Shown here piece by piece: positions 21,087 to 29,824 of a stretch of DNA of 64,000 nt (positions within the stretch are counted from its first letter, which is position 1; the number at the start of each line of letters is the position of its first letter). Origin of the DNA: Myxococcota bacterium (GTDB taxonomy: Bacteria > Myxococcota_A > UBA796 > CAJQPC01); assembly GCA_036229005.1 (NCBI GenBank), contig JAZAMN010000073.1:49427-113426 (forward strand). The letters run 5' to 3'. The translations under genes and the position numbers were made by a program. The notes below the pieces were generated by a model, which saw only the letters and a list, made by a program, of their open reading frames with translations, was not told the origin of the DNA and did no database searches.

Positions 21087-22271
21087 CTACTGGGCGGCGT
21101 GGGTCTGGATGACCTCTTGGGCGGTCTCGTAGCTGCCGTAGCCGATGTTCCCGTAGAGCAGCTCCATGTCGGGCCCCAGGATCACCCAGGCGGGGAAGCC
21201 GATGTCCTCCTGGCTGTACTCCTCCAGGAAGTCGTGCAGGGTGTTGTAGGCGAAGCCCCGGTCCAGAAAGAGCGGGCCGTGCACGCCAAAGCGCTCGGTC
21301 CACTGGTCCACGATCTCCTGGGAGGGCGGCACCAAGGGGTCGCTCAGGCCGTTGCCCATGAAGGTCGCCATGTCGACCTGGATGCCCTGCGCGGCGAGCT
21401 CCGACTGGAAGGCCGGGAAGTCCTCGGCCATGGTCTGACAGGGGCCGCAGTTGTACTGGCTGATGTCCAGGATCAGGTAGCGGTCGGCGAAGTCGTGCAG
21501 GTACACGCGCTCCCCGCACAGGTCCTGCTCGAAGGCGTTGGGGAAGGTGTCGCCCACCTGCAGGTCCCAGTCGCCCTCCAGGGTCCCGGGATCCGCCTGG
21601 GGCCAGCCGCCAGCGTAGGGGGTCTGCCGCTCCGGAAAGGGCTCGGGCAGCAGCGTGTCGGTCTGGGTGACGGTGGCGCTGCCGGTCGCGGAGAGGAGGG
21701 CTGTGCCGCCCGCCGACAGGGTGATCTCCGCCTCCCAGGAGTAGGTGGCCCCGCTGTCGTCGCCCGTGGAGATCACGCCCGTCGGCGAGGCCATCCGCAG
21801 GTTCTCCCGCGACACCCGCCACACCTGGCCGTCCGCCCCCAGGCCCCACCACTCGGGGCGGCTGGGCTCGCCCTCAGAGATCTGCGCGAAGCAGTCCGCC
21901 CCCTCGGTCATGGTGGCGTCGCCGCCCGTGATGACCTCGCAGTCGGGGCAGAGGTAGGGCTGGTCGAGGATCTCCACCCCGGTGTAGGAGCGGTGGTAGC
22001 TGCAGTCTGTGAGCCCCGCGGCCTCCGCCTCCTCGTCAAAGGACAGGGTCCAGGTGGTCTCCGAGCTGAGCTGGCGCGCCGGGATGGTGGCGGGGGTCTC
22101 GGGCTCCTGGGAGACCCCGCAGGTGAACCCGGGGTCGCCGCTGTCGTGGGGTCCGGTGTCGGTGTCGCCCGGGCGGTCGCTGTCCTGGGTGTCGCCGGCG
22201 GGGCTGTCCACCGCGGGCTGGCTGTCGCCGCTCTGGGGGCTGCGGCAGGCCAGGGAGAGGAGAAGAAGCAT
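21087..22271 (-). CDS. Lipoprotein with C-terminal redoxin (thioredoxin-fold) domain
   Basis: MLLLLSLAC start at 22271; VGDTFPN...DLCGERVYLHDF...NCGPCQ...FPAWVILGPDM. Confidence 0.72.
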   Translation of the reverse strand: MLLLLSLACRSPQSGDSQPAVDSPAGDTQDSDRPGDTDTGPHDSGDPGFTCGVSQEPETPATIPARQLSSETTWTLSFDEEAEAAGLTDCSYHRSYTGVEILDQPYLCPDCEVITGGDATMTEGADCFAQISEGEPSRPEWWGLGADGQVWRVSRENLRMASPTGVISTGDDSGATYSWEAEITLSAGGTALLSATGSATVTQTDTLLPEPFPERQTPYAGGWPQADPGTLEGDWDLQVGDTFPNAFEQDLCGERVYLHDFADRYLILDISQYNCGPCQTMAEDFPAFQSELAAQGIQVDMATFMGNGLSDPLVPPSQEIVDQWTERFGVHGPLFLDRGFAYNTLHDFLEEYSQEDIGFPAWVILGPDMELLYGNIGYGSYETAQEVIQTHAAQ

Positions 22272-22395
22272 GGGGGCACCTCGGGGTGCAGGGTATACCG
22301 ACACACATGTCGTGGTCTGCGGCGTGCCGCCTCGGGAGATCCCCTGCTGGTCGGCTGGCACGAGGTCTGCAGAGCCCTCACCACAGGAGGTCTAC

Positions 22396-22833
22396 ATGTC
22401 CCGCTACTCCACCCTGCTGCTCCCCCTGCTCCTGGTCGCCTGCGGCGATGACCCGCCCGAGGCCTTCTCCGACTGCGCCGCCAGCGAAGGCCACGACGAC
22501 CTGGATCTGGCCACCTTCGAGGACGGCTCCGGCGAGTCCCTGAGCATCGACGGGGACACCCTGTCCGTGGCCGTGGGCTACGGCGGCGGCTGCGAGGAGC
22601 ACGCGTTCGAGATCTGCTGGCCGGACAAGGCCTTCATGGAGTCCAACCCCGTGCAGGTGAACCTGGAGATCTGGCACGGCGGCCCCCAGGACAACTGCGA
22701 GGCCTACCTGACCGAGGTGCTGGAGTTCGACCTGGCCCCCCTCAAGGCCGGGTGGCAGGACGCCTACGGCGAGGGCGCCGGCACCATCACGATCCACGTG
22801 CTGGGCGAGTCGGTGGACTACAGCTTCGAGTAG
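22396..22833 (+). CDS. Small hypothetical lipoprotein
   Basis: AGGAGG SD; MSRYSTLLLPLLLVAC lipobox; YGGGCEEH and DNCEA Cys pair. Confidence 0.75.
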   Translation: MSRYSTLLLPLLLVACGDDPPEAFSDCAASEGHDDLDLATFEDGSGESLSIDGDTLSVAVGYGGGCEEHAFEICWPDKAFMESNPVQVNLEIWHGGPQDNCEAYLTEVLEFDLAPLKAGWQDAYGEGAGTITIHVLGESVDYSFE

Positions 22834-22848
22834 CCCACCGACCGGGTC

Positions 22849-24369
22849 TCAGAGCCCCAGCAGGGCCTGGACCTGGGGTGCGGTGGCGTCGATCTCCGCC
22901 TGCACCTGGGTCTTGTACTGCGCCTGCATCTCGGCGACGGCCTTGGCCTCGGCGGCCTCGGAGGTCTTGACGAAGGGCGCGCACTTGGCGTTGTCCGCCT
23001 CCAGCCGCTTGGAGGCGGCGGCGGACTGCTCGGGGGTGAGGATCTTGTTCTTGGTCGCGCTGTCGTAGCGCACGGTGGCGTTGGTGCGGCAGCGGGACAA
23101 ATCGCCCTCGGCCTTGCGGTAGACGTCGACCTGGGGGCTGCTCATGCCCAGGCTCACCAGGGTCTCCAGGCTGTCCGGGAGGTTGCGGACCTGGGGGGCG
23201 ACCCACTGGCTGGGGCGCTCGGTGGTGAGCGCGCCGGGCTTCACGGCGTAGCGGCGCCCATCCAGGCTGATGGCCAGGCTGCCGTACAGCACCAGCATGG
23301 CCTCGCCGGCGGCCGGGAGCTCAGAGCCGCTGCCAGCGGGGGAGAGCTGATCGGGTTGAGCCACGAAGACCCAGGCGCCTGCGGGGGCCCGACGGGCCGC
23401 CTCGAAGGTGCCGGCCAGAGACTTGGTCCCCTCCTTGAGGTCCTCCTTGGGGAACACGCGCGCGAGCTCCCGGTCGTCGACGGAGGACTCCGCGGGGGGA
23501 TCCCAGGCCTGGGCCCAGGCGTCCCACTGGACCTCGCCGGCCTCGACGGAAAGCGTGAGCATCTCGTTGCGGCCGTGGTTGACGGGGTAGAGCGCCCAGG
23601 TGCCGGCGGCGAGCTCCTTCTCCTGCTGGTTGTTGATGCAGACGGCCTCGGTCTGCTGCCAGGGGCGCTCCAGGGGCCCCACGAGCGCCACCCGGTCGGC
23701 ATCGGAGCGCACGCGCACCTGCTGGGCCTCCGCCACATCCAGGTAGGTGACGGGCGTGGCGGAGAGCTGGCCCAGGCAGACCATGTCCTGGTAGCGCAGG
23801 TGGCTGAGCTTGCTCTGGTCCATCCGCTGGCTGTCGGTGCGGCCGGTGATCAGCAGGCCCTGGTTGGCCCCCAGGGCGCGGTGCTCGGCCTCGCTGCCGT
23901 CCAGCTCGGCGCTCAGGTCGGCCTTGGGGTTGGTGATGGTCAGGGTGAAGGGGCGCTCCAGGCCCATGTTGGGCTGGTTGACGTGGCCGACGAAGATCAG
24001 CCACTCCCCCGCGGGCCCGCTGACCACCACCTCGCTCTCGTTGCCGACGTCCGCGCAGTAGACGGCGTTGTCGGGGCGCTGGACGACCATCATCCCCTTG
24101 CTGGTGCCGCCCTTCACCTTGATGCCCGGCTGGGTCATCTTGATGCGCAGCTTCTCGGCGGGCTCGTCCAGGGTCAGGATGACCGGCGTGGTCAGCTCAC
24201 CGGCCGGGCAGTTGGTGAACAGCTTGGTGTTGTCGATGGCGATGGGGCCCGAGTAGTCCGCCACCCAGGGGTTGCTGGGGGCGTCGGACAGGTTCACCTC
24301 GGCGACGGGCTGGGGGCCGCCGGCCTGGAAGAGGCTGGGGAGAAGGCTCAGGGCAAGGAGAGAGAGCAT
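22849..24369 (-). CDS. Hypothetical exported protein (paralog A of tandem pair)
   Basis: GGAGGA SD and hydrophobic N-terminus; similar along its length to 24478..26097. Confidence 0.8.
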   Translation of the reverse strand: MLSLLALSLLPSLFQAGGPQPVAEVNLSDAPSNPWVADYSGPIAIDNTKLFTNCPAGELTTPVILTLDEPAEKLRIKMTQPGIKVKGGTSKGMMVVQRPDNAVYCADVGNESEVVVSGPAGEWLIFVGHVNQPNMGLERPFTLTITNPKADLSAELDGSEAEHRALGANQGLLITGRTDSQRMDQSKLSHLRYQDMVCLGQLSATPVTYLDVAEAQQVRVRSDADRVALVGPLERPWQQTEAVCINNQQEKELAAGTWALYPVNHGRNEMLTLSVEAGEVQWDAWAQAWDPPAESSVDDRELARVFPKEDLKEGTKSLAGTFEAARRAPAGAWVFVAQPDQLSPAGSGSELPAAGEAMLVLYGSLAISLDGRRYAVKPGALTTERPSQWVAPQVRNLPDSLETLVSLGMSSPQVDVYRKAEGDLSRCRTNATVRYDSATKNKILTPEQSAAASKRLEADNAKCAPFVKTSEAAEAKAVAEMQAQYKTQVQAEIDATAPQVQALLGL

Positions 24370-24477
24370 GGGGTCCTCCACAATGGGGGGCCCACCTCAC
24401 CCACTCTCTTGGCCCACGCCCCCTCCAGTCACATCAAGTCACAAGCGAGGTGCGGCTGGGTCCCCGCGGCGCCGAGC

Positions 24478-26097
24478 TCAGAGACCCAGGCGCGCCTGGA
24501 TGCCCGGCAGAGTGGTCGCGTACTGGGCCTCCAGCAGGCTGCTCCACTCGGCCTGCATCTCGACCACGGCCTTGTCCTTGGCGGCCGCGGCGGCCTTGGC
24601 GTGCACCGCACACTTGGCGTTGTCCGCCGACAAGCGGTCGGAGGCGGCCTTGGCCTGGGCCTGGGTCAGGATCTGGCCCTCGGTGGCGTTGGCGTAGCGG
24701 GTGGACGACACGCTGCGGCAGTTGGAGTCCGCGCCGTCGGCCTTGTAGAAGGCATCAACCGAGGGGGTGCGCAGGCCGTGTGCCATCAGGGAGCCGAAGT
24801 CGCCGGGCATGTTGCGCAGGGTGGGCTGCACCCAGGCGGCGGGGGGCTGGATGGTCAGGGCGCCCTCGTCCACGCTGTAGAAGCTGCCGTCCGCGCCCAG
24901 GGCCATGTCCGCGTGGATCAGGAGCATGGCCTCACCGGCAGCGGGGGCCTCGGGGGTGCTGCCTTCTCCCACCCACATGGGGCTGAGCTTGCTGCCGTCC
25001 GCGACGAACACGAAGCTGGTGGGGGGCGCTGCGCGCATCAGCTCGTAGGAGCGGGTGATGTCCATCGCCTTGCGCTCGATGCCGGCGTGGGGGAACACGC
25101 GCCAGATCTCGCGGTCGCTCAGGGGGGTGTCCGCGGCCGGCTCCCAGGCAGGGGCCCACTGCTCCCACTCGGCCTCTCCGGAGGAGACGCTCAGGGTGTA
25201 GATGCCCTTGGAGCCGTAGGTGGAGACCGGGTAGACGGCCCAGGTGCCGGCGGGCACCTCCTGGTCCCCGCTCATGCAGGTGGCCTTGATGTCGCGCCAG
25301 CGGCCGTTGATGGGACCGACCAGGGCGACGCTGTCCCCGGCGTCACCGCTGACGCGCAGGCGCTGAGCGGTCTCCAGATCCAGGTACATCGCGGGGGCCT
25401 CTGCGGTGCGTCCGTGGCAGATGCGGCCATCCCGGCGCGCGGGGAGCAGGTCGCTCTGGTCGCCATCGGCCAGGTGGTAGGCGGTGACGGCGAAGCTCTC
25501 GCCGGTGCGGATGCTCCGGTGCTCGACCTCGCTGCCGTCCAGGTCCGGGGTGAGGTCCTTGTTGGGGTCCTCGACCGAGAGGGTGAAGGGGCGCTCGATG
25601 CCGATGTTGGGCTGGCCGTTGTGGCCCACGAAGATCAGCCACTCGCCGGCCGGGCCGCTCACCACCAGCTCCTCGTCGTTGGAGATCTCCGAGCAGTAGT
25701 AGCTTCCGTCCGGGGACTGCACGACGAAGAGCCCGCGGCTCATCCCACCCTTGAGCTTGATCTCCGGCTGGGTCACCCGCACCCGCATCTTCTCGACGGG
25801 CTGGTCCACCGTCATGATCACCGGCGTGGTCATCTCACCCGTCGAGCAGGCGTCGAAGACGTCCACGACGTTGAGCGCGATGGGGGCGGCGTAGTCGACC
25901 ACCCAGGGGTTGCTGTCCGCGTCGTTCAGGTTGATCTCCGCGACGGGCTGGGGGGCCCCGAGCGAAGGCATCGGCTTGCTCTCGGCCTCGCCCTGCTGGG
26001 TGGTGGGCAGGCCTTCGATGGTGACCGACTTCTTGGCGGCCTCCTTGGCCTTGTCCAGGGCGCCAGAGACGATGAGCAGGGTGAGGAATGAAAGCAC
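24478..26097 (-). CDS. Hypothetical exported protein (paralog B of tandem pair)
   Basis: Shares PQPVAE.NL.DA.SNPWV.DY, VVSGPAGEWLIFVGH, PAAGEAML and ADNAKCA with 22849..24369. Confidence 0.8.
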   Translation of the reverse strand: MLSFLTLLIVSGALDKAKEAAKKSVTIEGLPTTQQGEAESKPMPSLGAPQPVAEINLNDADSNPWVVDYAAPIALNVVDVFDACSTGEMTTPVIMTVDQPVEKMRVRVTQPEIKLKGGMSRGLFVVQSPDGSYYCSEISNDEELVVSGPAGEWLIFVGHNGQPNIGIERPFTLSVEDPNKDLTPDLDGSEVEHRSIRTGESFAVTAYHLADGDQSDLLPARRDGRICHGRTAEAPAMYLDLETAQRLRVSGDAGDSVALVGPINGRWRDIKATCMSGDQEVPAGTWAVYPVSTYGSKGIYTLSVSSGEAEWEQWAPAWEPAADTPLSDREIWRVFPHAGIERKAMDITRSYELMRAAPPTSFVFVADGSKLSPMWVGEGSTPEAPAAGEAMLLIHADMALGADGSFYSVDEGALTIQPPAAWVQPTLRNMPGDFGSLMAHGLRTPSVDAFYKADGADSNCRSVSSTRYANATEGQILTQAQAKAASDRLSADNAKCAVHAKAAAAAKDKAVVEMQAEWSSLLEAQYATTLPGIQARLGL

Positions 26098-26253
26098 GGG
26101 AACTCCAACAAAATCAGGACGCTGCGGCTATCCGCCCCGCCCCCGACCGGCCAGCGGACCGCAGGCCTCTGCGCGCACCGCACGATCCCCGTCCGGGGTC
26201 CCCCAGCCCACCGCGTTAGGCCCGCAGCCACCATCCGAAATCGAGGTCCCCAC

Positions 26254-27921
26254 ATGGCTGAGTTCGTCTACCAGATGATCGGCACCGAGAAGGTGCTGCC
26301 CTCTGGCCGCCGCATCCTGGAGCCCACCTGGCTGAGCTTCTTCCCCGACGCCAAGATCGGCATGCTGGGCCACAACGGCGCCGGCAAGTCCACGCTGATG
26401 CGCATCATGGCCGGCCTGGACGAGGACTACAACGGCCAGACCATCCTGCGGCCAAACGCCTCGCGTGGCTACCTGCCCCAGGAGCCCCAGTTGGACGAGT
26501 CCCTGACCGTCCGCGAGAACATCGAGCTGGGCCTGTCCCACTGGCGTCAGCTCCTGGCCGACTACGAGGCCGTCTCCGAGGGCTTCGGCGACCCCGACGC
26601 CGACTTCGACAAGCTGATCGAGCGCCAGGCCCGTCTGCAGGACGAGATCGACGCCGCCGGCGCCTGGGACATCGACCGCACCCTGGACATCGCCATGGAC
26701 GCCCTGCGCGTGCCCCCTGGCGACTGGAAGGTGGAGAACCTGTCCGGCGGTGAGAAGCGGCGAGTGGCCCTGTGCCGTCTGCTGCTCGAGAAGCCCGACA
26801 TGCTGCTGCTGGACGAGCCCACCAACCACCTGGACGCCGAGTCCGTGGCCTGGCTGGAGCGGCACCTGGCCGACTACCCCGGCTGCGTCATCGCCATCAC
26901 CCATGATCGCTACTTCATGGACAACGTGGCGCAGTGGATCCTGGAGTTGGACCACGGCAAGGCCTACCCCTTCGAGGGCAACTACTCCGGCTGGCTGGAG
27001 CAGAAGACCGAGCGCATGCGCCAGGAGAAGAAGTCCGAGAGCCGCCAGGCCAAGCGCATGGCCGAGGAGCTGGACTGGATCCGCAAGTCCCCCAAGGGCC
27101 GCCAGGCCAAGTCCAAGGCCCGCGTGACCGCGTACGACGATCTGGTCGCGAGCAGCCAGAAGGACGAGCGGCACAGCACCGGGGCCACCATCCAGATCCC
27201 CCTGACCAAGCGCCTGGGCAATGAGGTGCTCAGCGTCGACAAGGTCACCAAGGCCTACGGCGACAAGCTGCTGTTCGAGGATCTGAGCTTCAACCTGCCC
27301 CGCGGCGGCATCGTCGGCGTCATCGGCGCAAACGGCGCGGGCAAGACCACCCTGTTCCGCATGATCGTGGGCAACGAGCAGCCCGACAGCGGCAACCTGG
27401 AGCTGGGTGAGACCGTGGACCTGGCCTACGTGGACCAGTCCCGCGACGCGCTGGACCCCAACAAGTCCGTGTGGGAGGAGATCAGCGGCGGCCACGACAT
27501 CGTGGTCATCGGCGACAAGGAGATGAACAGCCGCGCCTATGTGAGCCTGTTCAACTTCAAGGGCTCCGACCAGCAGCAGAAGGTCGGCACCCTCTCCGGC
27601 GGCGAGCGCAACCGCGTGCACCTGGCCAAGCTGCTCCAGAAGGGCGGCAACCTGATCCTGCTGGACGAGCCCACCAACGACCTGGACGTCGAGACCCTGG
27701 CCAACCTGGAGGAGGCCCTGCTGGCCTTCCCCGGCTGCGTCGTGGTCATCAGCCATGATCGCTTCTTCCTGGACCGCATCGCCACGCACATGCTGGCCTT
27801 CGAGGGCGACTCCCACGTGGAGTGGTTCGAGGGCAACTTCCAGGAGTACGAGAAGGACAAGAAGCGCCGCCTGGGCGACGTCGGTCCTACCCGCATCAAG
27901 TACAAGAAGTTGACCCGCTGA
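26254..27921 (+). CDS. ettA: Energy-dependent translational throttle protein (ABC-F)
   Basis: 555 aa with two ABC domains; LSFFPDAKIG, LSGGEKRRVALCRLLL, ELDWIRKSPKGRQAKSKAR, LAFEGDSHVEWFEGNF, C-terminal RIKYKKL. Confidence 0.96.
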   Translation: MAEFVYQMIGTEKVLPSGRRILEPTWLSFFPDAKIGMLGHNGAGKSTLMRIMAGLDEDYNGQTILRPNASRGYLPQEPQLDESLTVRENIELGLSHWRQLLADYEAVSEGFGDPDADFDKLIERQARLQDEIDAAGAWDIDRTLDIAMDALRVPPGDWKVENLSGGEKRRVALCRLLLEKPDMLLLDEPTNHLDAESVAWLERHLADYPGCVIAITHDRYFMDNVAQWILELDHGKAYPFEGNYSGWLEQKTERMRQEKKSESRQAKRMAEELDWIRKSPKGRQAKSKARVTAYDDLVASSQKDERHSTGATIQIPLTKRLGNEVLSVDKVTKAYGDKLLFEDLSFNLPRGGIVGVIGANGAGKTTLFRMIVGNEQPDSGNLELGETVDLAYVDQSRDALDPNKSVWEEISGGHDIVVIGDKEMNSRAYVSLFNFKGSDQQQKVGTLSGGERNRVHLAKLLQKGGNLILLDEPTNDLDVETLANLEEALLAFPGCVVVISHDRFFLDRIATHMLAFEGDSHVEWFEGNFQEYEKDKKRRLGDVGPTRIKYKKLTR

Positions 27922-27926
27922 GGCGG

Positions 27927-28222
27927 GTCATTGCCCTGTGGGGGAGTGTCCCCCACACCCCCTGTACGGGCTCATACGAGCCCGGCGCGACCGAGGGGCC
28001 GGTCGCGCGGAGCGGGGCCGACGCGACAGTTCCCCGCGAGAAGCGGGCTCGTCGGGCCCCACTCCCAAATCGCTGAAAGCGAGTCATCGCTCTGTGGGGG
28101 AGTGTCCCCCACACCCCCTGAACGGGCTCCTCGGAGCCCGGCGCGACCGAGGGACCGGTCGCGCGGAGCGGGGCCGACGCGAGAGTTCTCCGCGAGAAGC
28201 GGGCGCGTCGGGCCCCACTCCC
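27927..28222. repeat. Tandem duplicate (156-bp period) multi-hairpin palindromic element
   Basis: Copies at 27927-28066 and 28083-28222. Each has the stems TGTGGGGGA-gtg-TCCCCCACA, CGGGCTC-loop-GAGCCCG, CGCGACCG-loop-CGGTCGCG and GGGGCCGACG...CGTCGGGCCCC. Confidence 0.9.
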
Positions 28223-28231
28223 TGAGCGCGC

Positions 28232-29697
28232 CAGGTATCGGGTATCGGGTATCGGGCATCAGGTATCGGGGGGGCGCGCGGCGACAGGCGACCGGGGACC
28301 GGCAACCGCCGATGACGCTTCTCCGGGCTCCTGCGTCGGTGGCAGCCGACTGGGTCGGACGTCTCGGGGCGGCGCCGGTCCTCCGTCCGGCCGACAGCTC
28401 GGACTGAGGACGGCGTTCCGTGGGGGCCCTGGAGACGGCTGGGGCATCAGCTAGCGGGGGGGCGCGCGGCGACAGGCGACCGGGGACCGGCAACCGCCGA
28501 TGACGCTTCTCCGGGCTCCAACGTTGGTGGCAGCCGACTGGCTCGGGCGTCTCGGGGAGGGGCCGGTCCTGCGTCCGGCCCACAGCTCGGTCTGCGGACG
28601 GCGTTTCGTGGCGGCCCAGGAGACGGCTGGGGCATCAGGTATCGGGCATCAGGTATCAGGGGCGCGCGGCGACAGGCGACCGGGGACGGGCAACCGCCGA
28701 TGACGCTTCTCCGGGCGCCGGCGTCCGTGGCAGCCGACTGGTTCGGGCGCATCGGGGAGGGGCCGGTCCTGCGTCCGGCCCAAAGTTCGATTTGCGGACG
28801 GCGTTTCGTGACGGCCCCGGAGACGGCTGGGGGTATCAGGTATCGGGTATCAGGTATCGGGGGGCGCGCGGCGACAGGCGACCGGGGACCGGCAACCGCC
28901 GATGACGCTCTGCTGGGCCCCGGCGTTGGTGGCAGCCGACTGGTTCGGGCGCCTCGGGGAGGGGCCGGTCCTGCGTCCGGCCCACAGCTCGGTCTGTGGA
29001 CGGCATTGCGTGGCGGCCCAGGAGACGGCTGGGGGTATCAGGTATCAGGCGTCAGGTATCAGGGGGCGATCGGGGACCGGGGACCGCCGCTGACGCTTCT
29101 CCGGGCTCCGGCGTTGGTGGCAGCCGACTGGTTCGGGCGTCTCGGGGAGGGGCCGGTCCTGCGTCCGGCCCACAGCTTCGCCCCCGGATGAAGCTCCAGG
29201 GCCGCCCCCAAGACGGCGCCTCGGCCCACCATCGGCGTCATGACCGATACCTGATACCCGAGACCTGAGCCCCCGCGCGGCGACAGGCGACCGGGGACCG
29301 GCAACCGCCGATGACGCTCTGCTGGGCTCAGGCATTGGTGGCAGCCGACTGGTTCGGGCGTCTCGGGGAGGGGCCGGTCCTGCGTCCGGCCCACAGCTCG
29401 GCTTGCGGACGGCGCTCCGTGGCCGCCCCGGAGACGGCTGGGGGTATCAGGTATCGGGCATCAGGTATCGGGGGCTCGCGGCGACAGGCGACCGGGGACC
29501 GGCAACCGCCGATGACGCTTCTCTGGGCTCCGGCGTTGGTGGCAGCCGACTGGTTCGGGCGCCTCGGGGAGGGGCCGGTCCTGCGTCCGGCCCACAGCTC
29601 GGTTTGCGGACGGCGCTCCGGGTTCGCCCCGCAGGCGGCGTCTCGGCCTGGAGCGGCGTCATGCCCGATACCCGATACCTGATCTCCGATACCCGCC
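28232..29697. repeat. Long-unit tandem array 1 (7 units of ~188-221 bp) with heptamer linkers
   Basis: Anchor CCGCCGATGACGC with its GATGAC at 28311, 28499, 28699, 28901, 29089 (variant GCTGAC), 29310 and 29511; conserved GGTGGCAGCCGACT and CTCGGGGAGGG blocks. Confidence 0.95.
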
Positions 29698-29759
29698 CTC
29701 CCCAACACGCCCCCACAACTCGGCTGCCACCACGAAAACGACGGGAACTCAAGGTTTTC

Positions 29760-29810
29760 GCCGGTCGCCGGTCGCCGGTCGCCGGTCGCCGGTCGCCTGT
29801 CGCCGGCCGT
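29760..29810. repeat. Heptamer microsatellite (GCCGGTC)n
   Basis: gccggtc repeated about 7 times with degeneracy, just before the stop codon of the convergent gene. Confidence 0.85.
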
Positions 29811-29824
29811 CGAACGCCGCCCCC

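Noticed and set aside
16668..22451. 1927-aa plus-strand ORF
   Set aside because: Antisense shadow of the lipase, GT4-radical SAM and redoxin genes; stops are rare on the antisense strand at high GC3, and it has no motifs.
28232..29697. CRISPR interpretation of the long repeat arrays
   Set aside because: There are no unique spacers between short identical repeats, units are homologous over their whole length, and the window has no cas genes.
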